Shown here: piece after piece, positions 57,717-64,000 of the stretch
Layout of the letters: each line of letters starts with the position of its first letter
How positions within the stretch are numbered: position 1 is the first letter of the stretch
IMG/VR virus record: IMGVR_UViG_3300032046_000001
Location: 248,421-312,420 of that record
Length of the DNA: 64,000 bases
Strand: one strand, 5' to 3'
Made by a program: the position numbers and the translations under genes
Notes under the pieces: model-generated
The model's database searches: none
Told to the model about the DNA's origin: nothing
The model's input: the letters and a program-made list of their open reading frames with translations, nothing else

Positions 57717-58328
57717 TCATTTATTTGTTATCAAACAAAATTGAACATTTTCATCTGGTACTGTCACCAGACTAAACTCATCATTAAACCAACATTTGAT
57801 CCACATTTTCAATAATTCATTTGAACTGAATTGGGCATATACTTTATTACTAAATTGGACTACTGATGGCAATTTAGTTACAATCGTACTTATTTTTTTT
57901 ATTTTATGCGATGTGAGTTGTAATTTTTCATCCGTAGGATTCTGTTGGATTAATTTTGGGTGTGGACAGTAAATGATACACAACTTATCATCTACCATCT
58001 TGAAGATCTCGTTCATGTATAAAAATGTCTGAGTATCAATATCATAACAGACTTTATCTGTATTTAACACACGTTGAATTGATGTGTGTTTTCTACAGAG
58101 TAAATCAATACCTCTATTTTTATTATCAATACAAGCTGGACATTCTTTTTCATCTAATAAAATTTTTGATGGGATTTTATCAAACTCGATTTGACCAACT
58201 TTATTAAAAAAAGATAATACAATGTCTCTATTTAATAGATATTTCAATATTGTAATTGGAAAAATATCTTTAGTTGGATCTGATCCTAAATTCTCTTTAA
58301 TTATTTTTTCTGCTGGTATAATATTCAT
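57717..58328 (-). CDS. Hypothetical protein with CPAC..C..H zinc motif
   Basis: ORF track. Confidence 0.7.
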   Translation of the reverse strand: MNIIPAEKIIKENLGSDPTKDIFPITILKYLLNRDIVLSFFNKVGQIEFDKIPSKILLDEKECPACIDNKNRGIDLLCRKHTSIQRVLNTDKVCYDIDTQTFLYMNEIFKMVDDKLCIIYCPHPKLIQQNPTDEKLQLTSHKIKKISTIVTKLPSVVQFSNKVYAQFSSNELLKMWIKCWFNDEFSLVTVPDENVQFCLITNK

Positions 58329-58502
58329 TTAACCTACGTTCTCCTTTAATGATATTTCTTTTTTTTGCGTTTAGTCTGTTTTAAATATAAGTTTGAAAAA
58401 AATAAAATTAAGTTATCTTATATAAATACACCTCCAAAAATATTTAAAAAATTTGGAAAAAAATTGATTTTGAATTGATATTTTTTCAAACATCAATTCT
58501 CT

Positions 58503-58522
58503 ATCACAAATTAATATATATA
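58503..58522 (-). promoter_or_regulatory. Conserved intergenic motif, putative phage promoter (copy 6)
   Basis: ATCACAAATTAATATATATA, 18/20. Confidence 0.55.
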
Positions 58523-58544
58523 GTTGTTTTGTTTAAAACAAAAA

Positions 58545-58811
58545 CTACACCGATAAAGTAACAGGGTTATTGTAATTGTCTAAATTAATTTCAATATTCC
58601 CATTCACCATTTGATCTACAGTCAATTTGATCTTCATCTTAGCATGGGTTGGTAAAAAATTATCTGTGTATAAAACATGCATCCCATTCTTAAATTGAAA
58701 TGCGATACCATCTGGAGCTTCAGAACAAACTATAAGTTCTGATCGTTTAATTGTGAAAACATGATCACCTTTTTTTATTCTGATTTCATATTGTGGTTTT
58801 GGCTGATTCAT
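58545..58811 (-). CDS. Hypothetical protein
   Basis: ORF track with GAGGAG SD. Confidence 0.65.
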   Translation of the reverse strand: MNQPKPQYEIRIKKGDHVFTIKRSELIVCSEAPDGIAFQFKNGMHVLYTDNFLPTHAKMKIKLTVDQMVNGNIEINLDNYNNPVTLSV

Positions 58812-59400
58812 TATATCTCCTCACTAAAATTTCATTTGATACTAATCTTTTGTTCTTATAAATCATTTTTGAAACTATATAAATTAAAATTTCATCTTCA
58901 AGTGTATTTTTTAAATTAGCAAAAATTTCGGGCAACAACTCATCATTATACAATTTAACATATTTCATTATCTCATTTTTATTTTCGTCAATAAATTTAC
59001 TCAAGACATCTAAAAGATTGACTTTAAAATTTTTAAATATTTCAACTAAAAAATTTATATTATTGAATTCTAAAAACTCAACTAACGTATAAACATTTTG
59101 AAAATCTGGTATGTCATTGATAGAAATATTTTCTGGAAAGTCAAACTTATATACTTCTTGTATCTTATTAATTATGTGTTGACATAATATTCTCTGATTA
59201 TTAATCGATTGATTTTTTACATCATCGATAAAGTTTAAGTATGTTTCTTTAAAACTTGTTTTTCCAATATTGTCTATTATTTCATTAAATTCAAATTGAA
59301 TAATCCCATCACCTACAATCTCACTTTGAATTTTTCCTTCATCGTCATCTAACAATTCAGTTGGGAGCATCGAACTCATTAAAATATCTTTATTTGTCAT
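58786..59400 (-). CDS. Hypothetical protein
   Basis: ORF track with GAGG SD. Confidence 0.65.
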   Translation of the reverse strand: MTNKDILMSSMLPTELLDDDEGKIQSEIVGDGIIQFEFNEIIDNIGKTSFKETYLNFIDDVKNQSINNQRILCQHIINKIQEVYKFDFPENISINDIPDFQNVYTLVEFLEFNNINFLVEIFKNFKVNLLDVLSKFIDENKNEIMKYVKLYNDELLPEIFANLKNTLEDEILIYIVSKMIYKNKRLVSNEILVRRYNESAKTTI

Positions 59401-59458
59401 GTATTTCCTCTATTCAGAAAGAAAATTTTTAATGATAATTTTTAAAACGTTATTTTAC

Positions 59459-60019
59459 TTATTCTTTATAATTTAATAATTCTGTTTTGGTCATAATCGA
59501 ATAAACTGGAATTTTTAATTCTTCCATAATAAGTTGTTTCGCGTTATTTTCTTCACGATCAACTAAAACAATTATAGCCACTGGATTATAATCGTGTTGT
59601 TTTAAAACTTCATATGAATATTTTAAGGAATCGCCTGTTGTTAAAACATCATCAACAATGAGGGTATCTTTATGTACATCTTCAGATCCTATTCGTCTTC
59701 CTTCTATTAATTTTTTAGTTCCATAATCTTTTTGTTGTTTTCTTATAAATAATCCATTTCTATGTAAGTTTGTAACAACCGAACAAACGATTGGATCGGC
59801 ACCAGATGTAATACCAGCCACATTTAAAAATTTAATATTATTTTCTATTACAATATAATCAATATTCCATCCGATTACATTGGGTATTCCGGGATATAAT
59901 AATAATTCTTTACAATCAATGTAAAAATCACTTTTCTTTCCTGATGATAACGTGAAATCTCCGTACTTCACAATTTTAGAAAATTCTTCTAATAACTTTT
60001 GTTTTTCATAATTCATCAT
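59459..60019 (-). CDS. pyrE: Orotate phosphoribosyltransferase
   Basis: GDFTLSSGKKS.FYID, FIRKQ.KDYGT, LIVDDVLTTG.S PRPP motif, VLVDRE. Confidence 0.93.
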   Translation of the reverse strand: MMNYEKQKLLEEFSKIVKYGDFTLSSGKKSDFYIDCKELLLYPGIPNVIGWNIDYIVIENNIKFLNVAGITSGADPIVCSVVTNLHRNGLFIRKQQKDYGTKKLIEGRRIGSEDVHKDTLIVDDVLTTGDSLKYSYEVLKQHDYNPVAIIVLVDREENNAKQLIMEELKIPVYSIMTKTELLNYKE

Positions 60020-60065
60020 AGTTCCTCCTAAAAAAAATTATAAAAAAAATTTGAATATTTTACTA

Positions 60066-60085
60066 TTCGCTTATTAATATATATA
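60066..60085 (-). promoter_or_regulatory. Conserved intergenic motif, putative phage promoter (copy 7)
   Basis: TTCGCTTATTAATATATATA, 18/20. Confidence 0.55.
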
Positions 60086-60100
60086 GACGAACTATGTTAT

Positions 60101-61126
60101 TCAAGAATTTGGAAATTGATTTATACTAAGATCTTTGTAATCCAATATTTTATCACTACGAAATCGAACAAATCTAGGTTGATCTATCATTATGCCTTCT
60201 TCTGTTCCTAATACGCTATATTTATTATTTTCATATTTTAATAATGGTACTTTAGCTTTTCTAGCTCTTAAATATTTTATTTCAATAATCAAAGTTGGTG
60301 GAACCCATAACTCACCACTTTTCTTTTCAACGAAATTATTATGTGCCCATTGAAACAGTTCAATTCTTGTTCTCTGACTAAAACCAATTCCAACTTTTGA
60401 TGTCATTAAGAAGTTATTACTCTTATTGAGAAACGCAAGTCGTAAATAACTTATTTGATGTTTATCCCAAGTTTTTTCAAGTTCTTTACCTATAGCGATA
60501 ACAGCACAATCTACTGTTTGAACATTCTTTATTCTATAAAGTACTTTCGGTTTATCTGGATTTCTTGCAACAATCCCTTCACCTTTACCTTCAACTACTA
60601 CTTGTTGCCATAACTTTTTGAATTCGTTCAAACTACCGTAATACCATTTTGGAGAATGTATATGTTCTGTGTTAAACATTTTCTCTAATTTAGGGAACGT
60701 GTACTTCCCCCAAACTAAGGCCGAATCAAGTTCGTAGATATCTATTATAAAATGATGAATTTTACTAACATCACCAGTTTGTATAATACTTTGACTTTTA
60801 TTGAATGGAAATTGTTTTCTGCCTTCCAACGCAATTAATTCACCTATTATTACAATATTTTCTATTTTTGTTTTATCAAGAAGTTCCCTATATTCTCTTA
60901 ATACTGGATATTCTCGGTCTCTGTATACACCACCTTTAGTTATAAAATAAGGCATCTTATCTTTTTCATATACTAAACTAGTCAATTCTCCATCAACCTT
61001 TTGTGAAAAATAAAATTTTTCTTTTGTTGATATTAAAAATGATATAAAATCGTTATATGAATATTCAATGAAACGAACAGTTTCGCGCCAGTTTCTAGTA
61101 TAGCCTAAAATAGATTTTTTTATCAT
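60101..61126 (-). CDS. ATP-dependent DNA ligase
   Basis: SQKVDGE motif I, IGELI, DIY, EGIVAR, RIK, KVGIGFS, IEIKY, PRFVRFRSDK. Confidence 0.9.
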   Translation of the reverse strand: MIKKSILGYTRNWRETVRFIEYSYNDFISFLISTKEKFYFSQKVDGELTSLVYEKDKMPYFITKGGVYRDREYPVLREYRELLDKTKIENIVIIGELIALEGRKQFPFNKSQSIIQTGDVSKIHHFIIDIYELDSALVWGKYTFPKLEKMFNTEHIHSPKWYYGSLNEFKKLWQQVVVEGKGEGIVARNPDKPKVLYRIKNVQTVDCAVIAIGKELEKTWDKHQISYLRLAFLNKSNNFLMTSKVGIGFSQRTRIELFQWAHNNFVEKKSGELWVPPTLIIEIKYLRARKAKVPLLKYENNKYSVLGTEEGIMIDQPRFVRFRSDKILDYKDLSINQFPNS

Positions 61127-61188
61127 TTTATTATACCTTTATATAAGACCAATTTTTTCCAGTTTTTATATGTGAAATCGTCATTTGA

Positions 61189-62061
61189 CTAACTCCAAAC
61201 ATTTTTGGCTATTTTTCTTTGAGATATTTTTCCTTCTTTTAATAATAATTTTATTTGAATAACTTGTTCTTCTGTTAATTTATGATTTGGTCTATTTTCA
61301 CCTCTTAATTTTTCACTCACCAATTCTCTACCACAAATAAAACATCCATGATTTTGTTGAAAACTATTCCAAATAACGAAACCATTATGTCCTTTTGGAC
61401 AAATATATTCTAATTTTGTGATGCTATTTTTATATTTATTTTCTTTAGATAATAATTTATAACCTCTCCTTTCAAATTCTTTTTTAATATCTGAGAAATC
61501 TTTTTTATTTTTTTCATCTTCACATGTAGGACAACAACATCCTTGTTGAAAACTACTCCATACAATATAATTTTCGTGTCCTTCTTGACAAATATATTTT
61601 AATTTTGTTTTATTATTTTTATAATCTTTTTCTTCTGTTAATAAAATATAACCTCTTCTTTCAAATTCTTTTTTAATTTCTTGAAAGTTTTTTCTTTGTT
61701 TTTTTAGTTGTTCTTCTGAAAATTTATAACCACTTATTCCATCACCACCATCAGTCATATTAAGAAGAATTTCAAAATTTTCTTTTCTTATTTCATTAAT
61801 ATATTCAATTTCTTTTTTTAAAGATTCTTTTTCATTTAAATTTTCATATAATTTTATTACTATTGGTTCCAATCCAGATTTTTTGATTTTATTTATTTTA
61901 TTTTTAAAATATTTATTTCTTCCCCATTTAATTTCTTTCCATCTATCTTTTTTCCCTTTTCCAACATAAAAAGGTTCATATAAAAAACATAGATCCTTAT
62001 AACAATATCTTCCAGATTTTCTTGGATCTAAATAAATATAAATATAATAATTATTCACCAT
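61189..62061 (-). mobile_element. GIY-YIG-type homing endonuclease with Cys/His repeats and HTH tail
   Basis: YIYIYLDPRK...FYVGKGK.DR, E..YI, LLNMTDGGDG, two C..GH...W..FQQ..GC repeats, KLTEEQVIQIK. Confidence 0.75.
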
Positions 62062-62800
62062 CTCTATTTTTATTAAATTTAATCAGTCTTCCTTTATTAA
62101 TTAAAAAAACAACATTATCTTCTGTTATATTATCTAGGTTAGTACTATCAACAACAACAGTTCTATCTTTATTTTCTTTTATAATATCTGTTGATGATAC
62201 GTTCATCATAGTCGCTATTCCATATTCTATATTCTCTGTGTCATTAATTAATTGACTATCGGTTTTATAAAAACTTATATTCATCCCAGGTTTGGGTTTC
62301 ATAGAAAATTTATTTTCTGATATAACTTTATTAAAAGTTTTTTGATCACATTTAATAGTCCTATATAATTTCACAAATTCTCTTTTATGAATTGATTCTC
62401 CCAATATATTTTTAATCTCCTTTTTCACTGGTGTATTTTTAACTTCAGTTGTTTCTTGATTTTTAGATTCGACAATAACTTTTCTTTCCTCACTTTTTTG
62501 TTCTTTAACTACAATTTTTAATCCGCGATCAAATTTAATATCATCTGTCCAAATCTGATAATATTGATTATCGGACGAAATCATTTCTAAACTACACGAT
62601 CCTATTTTTTCTTGTATATCTAATGGTGGAAGATCAACACTTACAGAATTATTTTCAATTATAGCTGGAAATACAAGTCGATATGATTTATTAGGACAAG
62701 ATAATATAAATCTTGTTTCTTTTATTTCATTACTATCTCCACCTTGTATATCAATATCGAATGTTAATGTCTTTCCTTTTCCTGTCTCAATTTTTATCAT
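62051..62800 (-). CDS. Hypothetical protein (beta-rich N-terminal domain)
   Basis: ORF with GGGAG SD. Confidence 0.7.
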   Translation of the reverse strand: MIKIETGKGKTLTFDIDIQGGDSNEIKETRFILSCPNKSYRLVFPAIIENNSVSVDLPPLDIQEKIGSCSLEMISSDNQYYQIWTDDIKFDRGLKIVVKEQKSEERKVIVESKNQETTEVKNTPVKKEIKNILGESIHKREFVKLYRTIKCDQKTFNKVISENKFSMKPKPGMNISFYKTDSQLINDTENIEYGIATMMNVSSTDIIKENKDRTVVVDSTNLDNITEDNVVFLINKGRLIKFNKNRDGE

Positions 62801-62815
62801 TTTAAATCTCCCACA

Positions 62816-63055
62816 TTATCTACATTTCAGAGTAATTTTAAGCGGAGATGATTGCTTATCGGTTGATTTTAAAGACAAAACATTGATATTTAATCTCAAT
62901 CTCTCACTTTCTTGATGTTGATATAATATTGCACCACCAACATGTATTTTAGGTAAAAATTTTCCCATCGTAGCCAGGGCAATACTCATTCTATTCCTCC
63001 AATATTTCATCAATAATATCTGAAAAATAATTACTCCATGTATTAGTGTCAACAA
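62816..63055 (-). CDS. Small hypothetical protein (probable start MSIALATMGKF)
   Basis: GGAGG SD ahead of the internal ATG. Confidence 0.5.
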   Translation of the reverse strand: MLTLIHGVIIFQILLMKYWRNRMSIALATMGKFLPKIHVGGAILYQHQESERLRLNINVLSLKSTDKQSSPLKITLKCR

Positions 63056-63179
63056 ATCTGGTTTTTAAATTTTTTAAAAAATTTTTCAATTTAATATTTT
63101 CTTGTTCAAGTTTATTAATTCTATTTTGTAATACTTTAATAAGTTCATCATCTATCATTATGACCTCACTTGTTTCCAA
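62991..63179 (-). CDS. Small coiled-coil protein
   Basis: ORF track. Confidence 0.45.
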   Translation of the reverse strand: METSEVIMIDDELIKVLQNRINKLEQENIKLKNFLKNLKTRFVDTNTWSNYFSDIIDEILEE

Positions 63180-64000
63180 TTTGTAAATTTACCAGGACCA
63201 CTACTATCACTTTCAATAATGTATGTTGCTAATATATTATTATTAGTTCCGACTGATATTGGATTTGAATAAATTCTGAGTCGAGCTGAAATTAAATTAC
63301 TATCATCATCATAACTTGGTAAATCAATAAAAATATTTTCATGAACTAAACCCAAAACACGTTTTAAGTCATTTGAAATTTCAGTACATTTTGAATCAAT
63401 AATATCTAATTTAATATCCATGTTTGTTGAATCTATAAGAATCTCATCAACTTTATTATTAATTTCATTAGTTGTACTAATTATAATATCTGATTTATTA
63501 TCAATAATATCAATTTTCTCATTAAGATTAGTACAATCTGTACTAAGTATATCAATCTTATTATCGATAATATTTGTTGTATTTATTATTACATCAGATT
63601 TAGTATTCAATATATCAATTTTAGAATCTAAGTTTGTACAATCAGTTGATAAAATATCAATCTTATTATCAATAATATTTGTTGTATTTATTATAGTATC
63701 TACCTTATTATCAATTTCACCAACAACTTCAGATAAATTAGTACAATCTGTATTAAGTATGTCAATCTTATTATCAATAATATTAACTTCAGTATTTATA
63801 TCATTTGTTGTATTAATAATTACGTCTGATTTATTATCAATAATATCAATTTTTTCATTAAGATTAGTACAATCTGTATTAAGTATGTCAATCTTATTAT
63901 CAATAATATTAACTTCAGTATTTATATCATTTGTTGTATTAATAATTACGTCTGATTTATTATCAATAATATCAATTTTTTCATTAAGATTAGTACAATC
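63158..64000 (-). CDS. 3' part of a repeat-rich coiled-coil protein (fibre-like), open to the window edge
   Basis: Frame has no stop from 64000 to 63161; heptad repeats DNKIDIL.TDCTNL. Confidence 0.75.
   Translation of the reverse strand, partial: DCTNLNEKIDIIDNKSDVIINTTNDINTEVNIIDNKIDILNTDCTNLNEKIDIIDNKSDVIINTTNDINTEVNIIDNKIDILNTDCTNLSEVVGEIDNKVDTIINTTNIIDNKIDILSTDCTNLDSKIDILNTKSDVIINTTNIIDNKIDILSTDCTNLNEKIDIIDNKSDIIISTTNEINNKVDEILIDSTNMDIKLDIIDSKCTEISNDLKRVLGLVHENIFIDLPSYDDDSNLISARLRIYSNPISVGTNNNILATYIIESDSSGPGKFTNWKQVRS
63737..64000. repeat. Perfect 126-bp tandem repeat (42 aa), at least two units
   Basis: ATTAGTACAATC recurs at 63737, 63863 and 63989 with identical intervening sequence. 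Confidence 0.9.

Noticed and set aside
999-62255. All plus-strand ORFs in the track
   Set aside because: They lie antisense to well-supported minus-strand genes, lack motifs and SD sites, and are consistent with shadow ORFs
1-64000. Stop-codon reassignment (TAG/TGA), as seen in some huge phages
   Set aside because: Long conserved genes are intact in the standard code, TAG and TGA end genes at expected positions, and no suppressor tRNA is present
1-64000. CRISPR array or cas genes
   Set aside because: No regularly spaced direct repeats with unique spacers seen; the 126-bp repeat is coding and has no spacers

Overview
AT-rich segment of a very large (jumbo/huge) dsDNA bacteriophage genome, read with the standard genetic code. 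Essentially every credible gene is on the minus strand. From left to right it contains: (1) a tRNA cluster (Trp-CCA, Ile-UAU, Glu-UUC) plus an aberrant ~130-nt tRNA-like RNA; (2) an accessory region with a macro domain, tyrosine phosphatase-like protein, CoaD-CoaE fusion, radical SAM enzyme, deamidating NAD+ salvage genes (pncB, nadE, pncA), an SPFH operon, NUMOD4-HNH endonucleases and ClpX; (3) phage RNA polymerase beta and beta' genes separated by a degraded restriction-modification cassette; (4) the most striking feature, a phage-encoded ubiquitin-like conjugation cassette (Ubl ending in KG, E1/ThiF, JAB peptidase, large E2-fusion, plus a second ThiF); (5) a putative outer-membrane porin operon; (6) replication/repair genes (SbcC/D, Panacea antitoxin, HNH-RNA ligase, SF2 helicase, type IIA topoisomerase, putative SSB, PyrE, ATP-dependent ligase); and (7) the 3' end of a repeat-containing coiled-coil gene. 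A 20-bp intergenic motif (minus strand TATATATATTAATATGTGAA) recurs seven times in one orientation and is probably a phage promoter. Three homopolymer indels could be biological or assembly errors. All protein family calls come from motif recognition by eye; no database searches were run.
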